33,454 bases of DNA from a virus. Taxonomy: Duplodnaviria; Caudoviricetes. Of this stretch, positions 1 to 8,065 are shown piece by piece. Each line of letters starts with the position of its first letter. The stretch's first letter is position 1. Under the pieces are notes generated by a model, which saw only the letters and a list, made by a program, of their open reading frames with translations, ran no database searches and had not been told where the DNA came from. A program made the position numbers and the translations under genes. The stretch is taken from positions 1 through 33,454 of IMG/VR virus record IMGVR_UViG_3300044450_000311. One strand, 5' to 3'.

Positions 1-1719
1 GTCCAGCCCCGGGATGCCGCCCCCCGGCCCGCCGATCCCGGGCACCCCGCCGCTGCCGGCGGGCGACCCGGCCGGGCGCGCGGAGGCCCCGAAGATCTCC
101 GGCGCCGAGCGCACGATCTGGGTCGAGATCGGCACCACGATGGCGTTGTTCAGCGCCGTCGCTGCCAGCGCCTTGAGCCAGCGCTTCAGCAGCGCGTCGA
201 TGTCCGCGAAGCCGCCCTCGAAGCCGTCCAGGATGTTGTCGGTGAAGGTCTCGCCGACCTGCTGCCCGATCCGCGCCGTCTCCTCGGCCCAGCGCTCCAG
301 CTCGCGCTGGGCGTCCTTCTGCGCCTGCTCCAGCGCCCGCAACGCGTCCTTGCGCCGCTCCTCCGCCGCCTTCGCCGCCGCGCTCGCGTCGGCGTTCTCG
401 TTCAGCGCGGCGCTGAAGGCGCGGGTCAGGGCGTCCGCCTGGGCCAGCGGCACGTTGGCGTCGAACAGCGCCTCGCGGTAGGCCATGACCTCGACCTCGG
501 CCTCGGTCAGCTCGCCGCGATGGACCGCCGTCTCCCGTGTCAGGTCCCGGATTTTCTCCTGCGCCCGCTCGATGGCACGCGTGGCGTCCTCCCGGGCCTG
601 CGTCTGCCGCTTGCCGGCCTCCTCGAGCTCCTTCAGCCTGGCCTGCTCGTCCCGAAGGGTGGAGATGCGCTCCTGCGCCGTCTGGATCTGCTCGTCCAGC
701 GCGGCGACCTCGTCCTCGCGCTGCTCGGTCACCGCGCGCTGCGCCGCAGCGCCGCCCTGCAACAGCTCCGCCGCGCCGAGCGGCCGGCCGGCCGTCGGCC
801 GCGTCGGCTCGTCGAGCAGCCGTTGGCGCTGGCGCTCCAGCGTCTCCATGTCGCGGATGGCGCGCGCCAACTCCAGGTCGTCCACCCCGCGCTGCAGGGC
901 GAAGATGCGCAGGCGCGTGTCCTCGATGGACTCGGCCAGGCCGTCCATCTGCTCCGCGAAGTCCTCGACGTCGTCGGCGCTCTCCTCGGCGGCATCGCCG
1001 ATCTCGAGCAGCATCGGGGCCAGGGCGCCGCCCACCGCGACCGCCGCGCCGATCACGGCGCCCCAGATCCCGAACCCGCCGAGCAGTTGCGGCAGCTGCT
1101 GCCCCAGAGCGCGTGTCGCGTCGGTCCCCCCGGCCACCTGGGTCGCGAAGTCGCCCACCTGGAACGCGGCGTTCTGCGCGGCAAAACCGAAATTCCCCGC
1201 CCCGCTGCTGACCTTCTTGTACTGCTTGTCGAGCAGCCCGAGGACGCGCGTCCCTTCGGTCTGCGTCGTGACGCCGGCAGCCATCGCGAGGCGGACCTGC
1301 TGCTGCTGTTCCTCCAGGCGCTCCAGGGCCACGGTGGTGGGATCGACCTGCGCTCGGATTGCCGCGAACTCGCGCTCCGCCCGATCGAGCGCGTTGCTCA
1401 TCCCGTTCACACGGAGGACCGTCTGCTCGTACTGGTCGTTCAGGCGGCGCTGCACCTGCGCCGCGCGGTCGGCCGAAACCGCCCCGCTTTGCAGCGCGCG
1501 CTGCACCCGCTGCGTGCCGGAATCCAGCCGCTGCAGCGCGCGCGCCGCCGGGTCCAGGCGCCCCTCCAGCTGCGCGAAGGAGCGCTGCGCCCGCCGGGTC
1601 GCCTTGTCCATGTCGGACGTCGAGGTCTCGACCACCCGGCCGGCGCGCTGCATCGTCTGCTCGAAGCGCGCCAGCTCGGCGTCGATCGTGACGCTGATGC
1701 CCAGTTCGTTCAGGGACAT
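1..1719 (-). CDS. Tail tape measure protein (5' part; runs off the window)
   Basis: Not in ORF track; own translation from ATG 1719: MSLNELGISVTIDAELARFEQTMQRAGR..., Ala/Glu/Arg-rich helical sequence with lambda-type TMP motif AQNAAFQVGDFATQVAGGTDATRALGQQLPQLLGGFG; follows the tail chaperone genes. Confidence 0.92.
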   Translation of the reverse strand, partial: MSLNELGISVTIDAELARFEQTMQRAGRVVETSTSDMDKATRRAQRSFAQLEGRLDPAARALQRLDSGTQRVQRALQSGAVSADRAAQVQRRLNDQYEQTVLRVNGMSNALDRAEREFAAIRAQVDPTTVALERLEEQQQQVRLAMAAGVTTQTEGTRVLGLLDKQYKKVSSGAGNFGFAAQNAAFQVGDFATQVAGGTDATRALGQQLPQLLGGFGIWGAVIGAAVAVGGALAPMLLEIGDAAEESADDVEDFAEQMDGLAESIEDTRLRIFALQRGVDDLELARAIRDMETLERQRQRLLDEPTRPTAGRPLGAAELLQGGAAAQRAVTEQREDEVAALDEQIQTAQERISTLRDEQARLKELEEAGKRQTQAREDATRAIERAQEKIRDLTRETAVHRGELTEAEVEVMAYREALFDANVPLAQADALTRAFSAALNENADASAAAKAAEERRKDALRALEQAQKDAQRELERWAEETARIGQQVGETFTDNILDGFEGGFADIDALLKRWLKALAATALNNAIVVPISTQIVRSAPEIFGASARPAGSPAGSGGVPGIGGPGGGIPGLD

Positions 1720-1806
1720 GGAGGGTCCTCGCCCGGCGAAGGCGCCGGCGCCGGAGTGTGGGGAAGGGGTGGAGGGGGAAGACGGCGGCGACGGGCCGCC
1801 CGCCCC

Positions 1807-2148
1807 TCAGGTCTCGGAAGCGCCCGGCTTCGCCGCGCGCCCGAGCTGCGCCTTGAAGCCCTCGCGCACGCGCCGCCGCCGCGCCGCGACCTGCTCCGCC
1901 GTCTCGGCGAAGGGGAAGCCCGGCTCGGGCACCTTGACGCCCAGCAGCGCGCCGAGCCGCTGCTGGTCCCGGTGCCGCGCCCGCTCCCGGCAGTCGAGCC
2001 CCAGCTCGAGCACCGGCATCGGCGTGCGCAGCGCCGCGTCGTAGCTCATGCCCAGCTCGGCCATGGCCCGCCCGACCAGCAGCTCGACGTGCTGGCCCAG
2101 GGTCAGGGCCGGCCCCGCGGCGCGCCCGCCGGGCCTCAGGCGTTTCCC
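1807..2148 (-). CDS. Tail assembly chaperone frameshift extension (gpT-like part of a G-T fusion, about 289 aa in total)
   Basis: -1 frame relative to 2136..2675, entered at slippery G GGA AAC (2148-2142); lies directly before the tape measure gene. Confidence 0.75.
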   Translation of the reverse strand, partial: GKRLRPGGRAAGPALTLGQHVELLVGRAMAELGMSYDAALRTPMPVLELGLDCRERARHRDQQRLGALLGVKVPEPGFPFAETAEQVAARRRRVREGFKAQLGRAAKPGASET

Positions 2149-2675
2149 GACTTGCCCTTGCCCGACTTGTGCTTGCCCGGCCCCTTGTCCTTGCTCGGCG
2201 ACTTGTCCTTGCTCGGCAGCGGCCGGCCGCCGTTCTTCAGCACCGCGATGAAGGTGCGGCACTGCACCCCGACCTCGACGCAGGCGCCCAGGTCGAGCCG
2301 CCAGAGCGCGTTCCACAGCTCCTCCTTCTCCGGCTGCGTCATGGTCGCGCCCGTGCCCGCCGCGATCGTCGCCACCATGGCGTCCAGGTCGCCGTTGCGC
2401 AGCGCCTCCTCCAGGTGCGTCGTGAAGCGCCCGCCGAACGTGCGCAGGATCGCCCGCGCCGCCGTCGGCGTCGGCTCCAGCAGGTAGCGCGTCTCGCCGA
2501 CCTGCGCCGCGATCTCCGGCGCCACCACCGCCAGGCCCTCGCCCTGGCTCTCGGCCAGCTCCGCCGCCCGGTCCGCCGGACGGTCCGCCGCCGCATCCTC
2601 CGGCGCCTCCGCCGGCGTGCCGGCCGGCGCCCCGGCGCCGCGCTTGCTGTTCAGGGTCTTCGGCTTCTCGGCCAT
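2136..2675 (-). CDS. Tail assembly chaperone (gpG-like), 179 aa
   Basis: ATG 2675 preceded by GGAGA; located between tail tube and tape measure genes; ends ...KSGNA* over a slippery heptamer. Confidence 0.8.
   Translation of the reverse strand: MAEKPKTLNSKRGAGAPAGTPAEAPEDAAADRPADRAAELAESQGEGLAVVAPEIAAQVGETRYLLEPTPTAARAILRTFGGRFTTHLEEALRNGDLDAMVATIAAGTGATMTQPEKEELWNALWRLDLGACVEVGVQCRTFIAVLKNGGRPLPSKDKSPSKDKGPGKHKSGKGKSGNA
2142..2148 (-). other. Programmed -1 ribosomal frameshift site GGGAAAC
   Basis: X XXY YYZ heptamer in the correct phase (TCG GGA AAC GCC TGA) followed by a GC-rich potential stem-loop; lambda G-T uses GGGAAAG at the equivalent position. Confidence 0.8.
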
Positions 2676-2866
2676 CTCGGTCTCCAGGTCTGAAAGGCGC
2701 CAGGTCTGAAAGGCGTAAGGTCGGGCGGCGCGCGACCTGGCGCTCCGCACCGCCCGACCCCCACGCGGGGCCTGTGCCCCCGCGCGAGCGCGGGGCCGGC
2801 CCTCCGGCCGGCCCAGGTCGCAGGTCTAGACTGCCTGCCCTAGACTGCTTGCCCTAGATCGCCGCC

Positions 2867-3337
2867 CTAGACGGCGGCGACGTAGAGCGCGGTCGTGGTG
2901 TTGGTCACCATCGCCTGCATGCGCACGAAGTTGTCGGCCGTGCCGATCACCACCGGCTCCCCGTAGAGCTTGCCGCGCCAGTAGAAGGTCGTCGGGTTGC
3001 TCGGCGAGCCGCTGCCCGCGTCGTCCAGCTCGACCTTGAAGGCGTACTCCGTGTCGCTGACGCCGGCGTCGCGCAGGTCCGCCTGGCCCGTGTCCGCCGG
3101 GTCGAAGAGGTAGGGGATCGTCATCTCCTGGCCGTCCTTCGTGCCCACGGCCTTCTTGACCCGGGCGTCGTTCAGCACCGAGGCGCGGATCACCGTCGCC
3201 ACGTCGCCGAACTGCGGCACCTCCTCGACCTCGCCGACCTCGCTGTAGACCAAGGCCTCGAAGTCGTTCTGCGTCGCCGCGGTGCTGTTGGGGGGCCCGA
3301 TGAACCACTTCGTCCCCGCGTTGCTCTGTACGCTCAT
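2867..3337 (-). CDS. Major tail (tube) protein, 156 aa
   Basis: AGGAGA RBS; motifs EVGEVEEVPQFGD...RVKKAVGTKDGQEMTI...DPADTGQADL...FKVELDD...TTFYWRGK typical of siphophage tail tube proteins; position. Confidence 0.88.
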   Translation of the reverse strand: MSVQSNAGTKWFIGPPNSTAATQNDFEALVYSEVGEVEEVPQFGDVATVIRASVLNDARVKKAVGTKDGQEMTIPYLFDPADTGQADLRDAGVSDTEYAFKVELDDAGSGSPSNPTTFYWRGKLYGEPVVIGTADNFVRMQAMVTNTTTALYVAAV

Positions 3338-3450
3338 GCCGTGTCTCCTTTGCTCGGCGCACGAAAAGAGGCGCCGGCGCGCGCTCGGCGCCCGGCGGCC
3401 TCGCTCACCCGCCGTTCCGCGGGGTCCTGTCGGATGCGGCGTACCGCGTA

Positions 3451-3611
3451 CGCCGGAAGGCCTTCACGCGCCCGTCCGGGCGGCCCAAAATCCCCCGGTG
3501 GGTTGGCAGACGGGCGCAACCAGGCGGCGACGCCGCCGGAAGGCCCTCACGCGCCCGTCCGGGCGGCAACGGGTTGGCGGACGGGCGCAACCAGGCGGCG
3601 AAGCCGCCGGA
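3451..3611. repeat. Intergenic tandem duplication (83-nt and 71-nt units), each with an internal inverted repeat GCGCCCGTC...GACGGGCGC
   Basis: Units start at 3451 and 3534 and differ mainly in the loop region. Confidence 0.85.
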
Positions 3612-3612
3612 C

Positions 3613-4002
3613 TCAGTGCTCGACCCAGCACTCCACGGCCAGGTGGCCCTTCAGCACGCTCTCCCGCAGGTCGGGCTCAGGCCCTCGCCGCACGACCTTG
3701 GCGAAGACGACCTCCCCCGTGCCCAGGCTCAGCCGCTGCCGGTGCAGCAGGCCGAAGATCGTCGCCACAACGCCGTCCAGGTCCGCGGTCGAGCCCGTGT
3801 CCCGCCAGTGGTCGATGTAGACCATCGTCCGGTCGGCCACGCTGTTCAGGCGGCTGGCGTCGCGCGCCTCGATCGGCCCAATCGCCGTGTAGGGCATCGC
3901 CGCGTCCGGCGGCACCCGGCCCAGCATGTGCACCGGGTCCGCCAGCGCGGCGTCCAGCGCCGTCCAGATCGCGCTCGCCAGCGCCGCGTTCGGGTCGCTC
4001 AT
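3613..4002 (-). CDS. Tail terminator/completion protein (DUF3168-like), 129 aa
   Basis: MSDPNAALASAIWTALDA...VPPDAAMPYTAIG...IDHW; size and position before the tail tube gene. Confidence 0.8.
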   Translation of the reverse strand: MSDPNAALASAIWTALDAALADPVHMLGRVPPDAAMPYTAIGPIEARDASRLNSVADRTMVYIDHWRDTGSTADLDGVVATIFGLLHRQRLSLGTGEVVFAKVVRRGPEPDLRESVLKGHLAVECWVEH

Positions 4003-4006
4003 GCCG

Positions 4007-4297
4007 TCACGCTGTCGCCGGGCCGAAATGGCCGCAGGCCGGGCAGCGATGCTGCCGCGCGGCGAAGTAGTCGAAGGATCCGGCCGGCAGGCGGAAGGAG
4101 ACCTCGCCCTTCCGGACATCGCGCGCGATCGCGTCGCCCAGGATGACGATTTCGCCCCGGGCGTTCCTGCGCTGATGGCAGACCTCGCCTGTTTCGTCGT
4201 CGGCCCAGACGCAGTCCGCCGTCACATCCTCCCCGTCCAGAAAGACCTTGACCTCGCGCGTGAGCCCGTGGTCGTGCACCTCGGCATCGATCCGCAT
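4007..4297 (-). CDS. Hypothetical protein, 96 aa, with C-terminal CxxC
   Basis: GGAGG RBS before ATG 4297; fills the gap between gp10-like and terminator genes; protein-like composition. Confidence 0.7.
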   Translation of the reverse strand: MRIDAEVHDHGLTREVKVFLDGEDVTADCVWADDETGEVCHQRRNARGEIVILGDAIARDVRKGEVSFRLPAGSFDYFAARQHRCPACGHFGPATA

Positions 4298-4325
4298 GGC
4301 ACCCTCCGTTCGATGAAACCGCGCC

Positions 4326-4775
4326 CTATCGCCCCGCCCGCAGCCCCTCGGCGATGGCCGCGCGGATCAAGCGCTCGACCTCCGGCAGGTTGCCGTCCAG
4401 CGCGACCTCGCGGATCCGCAAGGCCGGCCTGGCGGGCACGCGCATGGTGAAGAGCTTCCCGGGCGCGTCGGCCCGGCGGTAGGTCACTTCGCCGCCGGCC
4501 GTCCCCAGGTCCAGGAAGCGGAACCAGAAGTACTGCGAGGCCAGCTCGGCCGTCGGCAGCCCGATGCGCGCCTGCAGGCCGCTGTCGGAGAAGATCACGG
4601 TCAGGCCGTCGGCCGCGTGCTTGCCGGGGTTGGCCGCGTCGCGCGGCGTGCGCGCCTTCATGTCCTGCAGCACGATCCCGGCGGCGTCCTCCAGCGCCTC
4701 CGCGACCCGCGCCTCCACGGCGCGCGGCAGCGCCCGCAGCGCCGCCGCGACCTCGCGTCCTCCCGTTACCGGCAT
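4326..4775 (-). CDS. HK97 gp10-family head-tail morphogenesis protein, 149 aa
   Basis: N-terminal VTGGREVAAALRAL, YFWFRFLDLGT and MRVPARPALR motifs characteristic of gp10-like proteins. Confidence 0.85.
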   Translation of the reverse strand: MPVTGGREVAAALRALPRAVEARVAEALEDAAGIVLQDMKARTPRDAANPGKHAADGLTVIFSDSGLQARIGLPTAELASQYFWFRFLDLGTAGGEVTYRRADAPGKLFTMRVPARPALRIREVALDGNLPEVERLIRAAIAEGLRAGR

Positions 4776-4791
4776 CGGGCCTTGACCGGCA

Positions 4792-5139
4792 TCAGTTCGG
4801 CACCCCCGCCTCGACCTCCAGCGTGCGGTAGACCCCGCGCTGGCCCGGCGGCACGCGGCGCACGTTCAGCTTCGTGCCGTTCCAGTCGAAGCGGTCCTGC
4901 GGGCGGATGTCCGCCGCCGCGCCGCCGTTGTGCAGCGTCAGCAGGTAGCTGACGACGCCGGCCTGCCGGTCGGCGATCACGCGCTCCTGCCCGCGCAGCG
5001 CCTCGACCCTGGCCCAGAAGGTGCCCTGCGCCGTCCAGCCCGGCGTGGCGTTCGGCCCGCTGCCCGTCATGCCGTGCCGCTCCAGCGTCACCCGCTGGTC
5101 CAGCTCGCCGGAACTCAGCCCGCGCTTGCGCTGCCGCAT
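4792..5139 (-). CDS. Head closure (head-tail adaptor) protein, 115 aa
   Basis: SGELDQRVTLER...W...FWARVEALRGQE motif of SPP1 gp16-like head closure proteins; position. Confidence 0.88.
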   Translation of the reverse strand: MRQRKRGLSSGELDQRVTLERHGMTGSGPNATPGWTAQGTFWARVEALRGQERVIADRQAGVVSYLLTLHNGGAAADIRPQDRFDWNGTKLNVRRVPPGQRGVYRTLEVEAGVPN

Positions 5140-5143
5140 CGCC

Positions 5144-5815
5144 TCACCCGAAGCCCTGGACGCGGAACTTGGTCAGCAGCCGCGTCACCGTCTCGTTGTG
5201 CTGCAGCGCTGTGCCCAGCTCCTGCGCCGTGCGGTTCTCGTAGAGGTCCTGCAGCAGCAGCAGGCCCGCCGCGACGATGTCGGGCGGCACGTCGGCGGCC
5301 GTCGCGCCGTAGCCGGCCACCCAGGTCACGGTCACCGCCGCCTCGATGTCGCGCGTCTCCGGCCAGACCGTGCCGTAGGCCGGCGCGATCTCCGACTTGT
5401 TGGCGCCGTTGTTGACCAGCGTGTAGGCGGAGGCCGCCAGCGTCTGGGTATCGCCGTTGCCGTCCAGATAGGCGATCGAGGTCACCGACTGCACCGGCGG
5501 GCAGGGCAGCAGGATCGGCGCGTCGGCGCCCGGATACCGCCGGCCGCGCCGGTCCGCCCCGCACCAGCGCGGGAAGGCGTCGAGCTGCATCTCCAGCGTC
5601 TGGGTGATCAGGCAGCGGCCCAGCCACCCCGTCGGGCCGTCCAGCTCGCTCTGCACCGCGTCGCGATAGACCTGGATCGTCGCCGAGTCCGTGGGCGACT
5701 CCGGGCTGCCGCTCAGCGGCACGCGCAGGTGGCCGTAGACCGTCGCGTCCTCCAGGAAGTCGGCGGCCGGCGGCGTCGTCACCCGCGCCGGCCTGTCGGG
5801 CTGCCAGCGGAACAT
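5144..5815 (-). CDS. Head-tail connector protein (HK97 gp6-like, long form), 223 aa
   Basis: ATG 5815 overlaps the upstream stop; HLRV...GRCLITQTLEMQLDAFP...LPCPPVQSVTSIAY...AGYG...VPPDIVAAGLLLLQDLYENR motifs. Confidence 0.9.
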   Translation of the reverse strand: MFRWQPDRPARVTTPPAADFLEDATVYGHLRVPLSGSPESPTDSATIQVYRDAVQSELDGPTGWLGRCLITQTLEMQLDAFPRWCGADRRGRRYPGADAPILLPCPPVQSVTSIAYLDGNGDTQTLAASAYTLVNNGANKSEIAPAYGTVWPETRDIEAAVTVTWVAGYGATAADVPPDIVAAGLLLLQDLYENRTAQELGTALQHNETVTRLLTKFRVQGFG

Positions 5816-6684
5816 CAGGCCGCCTCTCCCATGCTTTCCCGCCCCGCGAAGGCGTGCGCGACGGCGCTGCCGTCGGCCAGTTCGTCCTCGCTCCACTGGC
5901 ACCAGGTCAGACGCGCCAGCCAGGCGTCCCGCTCGGGCGTGATCGCCTGCGCGCCCGGCCGGGACGTGACCGGCCAGGCCATCGCGCCCCGGTCCGCCGT
6001 CACCGTCGGCACGCCCGCCAGCACCGCCTCGACCGCGCTGTTGGAGTTCACCGTCGCCGCCAGGTCCGCCTCGGCGAGCTGCGAGCCCAGGCTGTAGCCC
6101 GGGTCCAGCGCCTCCGCGCCCGGCACCCGCAGCCCCGCGTCCTTGGGGTGCGGGCGAAAGGCCACCGAAGAGCCCGCGGAAGCCCAGCGCGCCGCCCAGA
6201 CCGCCAGCCAGGCCTCCAGGTCGATCCCGGCGACGCGCAGCGCCATGTCGCCGCGCACCTGCCCCAGCAGCAGCACGCGGCGCGGCAGCGCCCTCGGCGT
6301 TTTCCACGGCAGCGCCGCCACCCCGAAATCGCGGCGCGGCGCCGGGGACAGGCCGAAGCGCTCGACGTTGAAGTCGGCCCGGCCGTTCAGCCCATTCCAC
6401 CCCAGCGAGGTGAAGGCGAAGCGGTCGCCCAGGTAGCCGCGCTCGGCGACCAGCACCTCGTGCGGCAGCCCGCCGTCCAGCGCAGCACGGTAGGCCCTGC
6501 CGACCCGCCAGCCCCAGCAGGCCACGACCCGCGTCTCCGCCGGCGCCCCGGCGTCGATCTCGACCGGCTCGAAGCCCCGCGCCCGCAGGCCGGCGGCCAG
6601 CAGCCGGCCCCAGGCCCGCTGGTGCGCCATGCCCCGCGTCGCGATCGAGACCTTCCGCCCTGCTGCCCGCCCTGCTGCGCTCAT
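5815..6684 (-). CDS. KpsS/KpsC-like (Capsule_synth, GT-B) putative glycosyltransferase, 289 aa
   Basis: ATGA overlap at 6684/6681; motifs ERGY, LLLGQVRGD, FRPHP, ATVNSNSAVEAVLAGVPT resemble the E-xG, QxxxD, HP and NS-x-xxEA signatures of capsule beta-Kdo-transferase-like proteins. Confidence 0.72.
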   Translation of the reverse strand: MSAAGRAAGRKVSIATRGMAHQRAWGRLLAAGLRARGFEPVEIDAGAPAETRVVACWGWRVGRAYRAALDGGLPHEVLVAERGYLGDRFAFTSLGWNGLNGRADFNVERFGLSPAPRRDFGVAALPWKTPRALPRRVLLLGQVRGDMALRVAGIDLEAWLAVWAARWASAGSSVAFRPHPKDAGLRVPGAEALDPGYSLGSQLAEADLAATVNSNSAVEAVLAGVPTVTADRGAMAWPVTSRPGAQAITPERDAWLARLTWCQWSEDELADGSAVAHAFAGRESMGEAA

Positions 6685-7370
6685 GCCGCCGCGTCCTCGT
6701 CGTGCCAGGCCTTGGGCAGCGCCCAGACCGAGTCCGGCAGCGCCAGCCACCCCGGCAGCGCCGCGTCCAGCGCCGCGCGCACCGAGGGAAACCACCAGTC
6801 GTGCCCCAGGATGGCGCCGCGCCGCTTGACCTTGGGCGCCCAGGCGGCGATGTCCGCCGCGACCGCCCGCTCGGTGTGCCCGGCGTCCAGGAAGACGAAG
6901 TCCAGGCTGCCGTCGGGCACCTCGGCCGCCATCGCCGCGCTGTCGCCCTTCAGGATCCGCGCGCGCTTCCCGTGCCGCGCCGCGTGCGCCCGGCAGGTCG
7001 CCTCGGCGGCCGCCATGTCGAAGCGGGCGTAGGTCTCCGCCCAGTCCTCGCCGAGCGCGTCGAGGCAGTGCTCCCAGCGGTCGACGCCGGTCAGGCGCAG
7101 CTCCGGCAGGGCGCTCAGCAGCGCGTCGAAGGTCTTGCCCTTGAGCAGCCCGACCTCGACGCCCCGCCGCCAGCGGTTGGCGCGGCACAGCGCGATCAGC
7201 AGCGCCTCGTGCCGCGTCGGCGGGAAGCGCGGCTCGCCAGGCTTGCTGTTCGGCAGCGGCGCGGGCGCCTGCAAGACGCCGAGCGGCTTGAGGCCCTGGA
7301 GCCCGTGCAGCCGCTGCCGCGCCGCGGGCTGCGTCGCGGCCGGCGCCGGCCCGGTCACCGCCCCGGTCAC
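6681..7370 (-). CDS. Class I SAM-dependent methyltransferase (Methyltransf_24-like), about 229 aa
   Basis: GTGA overlap at 7370/7367; GVEVGLLKGKT, GVDRW, KGDS, SLDFVFLDAGH..., WAPKVKRRGAILGHDW motifs. Confidence 0.88.
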   Translation of the reverse strand: MTGAVTGPAPAATQPAARQRLHGLQGLKPLGVLQAPAPLPNSKPGEPRFPPTRHEALLIALCRANRWRRGVEVGLLKGKTFDALLSALPELRLTGVDRWEHCLDALGEDWAETYARFDMAAAEATCRAHAARHGKRARILKGDSAAMAAEVPDGSLDFVFLDAGHTERAVAADIAAWAPKVKRRGAILGHDWWFPSVRAALDAALPGWLALPDSVWALPKAWHDEDAAA

Positions 7371-8065
7371 CGCCAGGCCTCCCGCACCCAGGGGCTCAGC
7401 GCCGCCTCCAGGTCCGGGCGGTAGGGGCCGCACATGAAGAACGCCCGGGCGCCCTCGGGCCGCGCCGCGCGCATCGCCTTGGGCCGGTACTGCAGCACCC
7501 CGGAGGAGGCCTCGCTGAAGGTCGCCTGCCCCGGGCCCAGGATGTAGCCCAGCCAGCACTGGTCGCCGGTCGGCCGCCCGACCACCGCCTCCGCCGTGTC
7601 GCCCGCCTCGACGGTGAAGCGGTCCCAGACCTCGGCGCGCGCACCCGGCGTCAGCGCGAAGAGCGAGGTGTTGTAGCGCTCGCCGCGCGCCTGGTCCCAG
7701 ACCAGGAAGTCGTGCCCCGGCGTGCCCGGCGCCCGCTCCAGCACCGGCGCCAGGTCTTCCACCACCACCGCGTCCAGGTCGATCGAGGCGAAGCGCTCCC
7801 CGACGATCTCGCCGAAGGCCTTCGAATAGGCCCAGAGCTTCGGGTAGTAGCGCGGCAACGCCGCCACCTCCGCCGGCAGCTCGACCACGTCGCCGATCGG
7901 CAGCACCCGCTCGACCCGCGCCGGCTGGTCCGTGACGCACAGCAGCCGATGCCCGCCGGCCCGCTCCAGCATGTTCGCCAGGACGCGCACATGCGACGGC
8001 CCGTAGGTCATCACCCGGTCGCGGTTGAAGCCGTGGCCCTGGAAGAGCCAGCAGACGAAGATCAC
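7367..8065 (-). CDS. GT-A fold (GT8-like) putative glycosyltransferase, about 232 aa
   Basis: GTGA overlap at 8065/8062; IFVCW...YGPSHVRVLANM...LCVTD...YPKLW...IDLD (DxD)...YNTS...GDQ motifs. Confidence 0.78.
   Translation of the reverse strand: MIFVCWLFQGHGFNRDRVMTYGPSHVRVLANMLERAGGHRLLCVTDQPARVERVLPIGDVVELPAEVAALPRYYPKLWAYSKAFGEIVGERFASIDLDAVVVEDLAPVLERAPGTPGHDFLVWDQARGERYNTSLFALTPGARAEVWDRFTVEAGDTAEAVVGRPTGDQCWLGYILGPGQATFSEASSGVLQYRPKAMRAARPEGARAFFMCGPYRPDLEAALSPWVREAWR

Noticed and set aside
14-2487. Long plus-strand ORFs (14..481, 485..2044, 520..2487)
   Set aside because: Antisense shadows of the tape measure and chaperone genes; Ser/Arg-rich non-protein-like composition typical of high-GC DNA
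3451-3611. Possible mini-CRISPR array (also considered for 18021-18135 and 20217-20337)
   Set aside because: Only 2-4 units, no unique spacers of uniform length and no cas genes; better explained as tandem duplications or iterons
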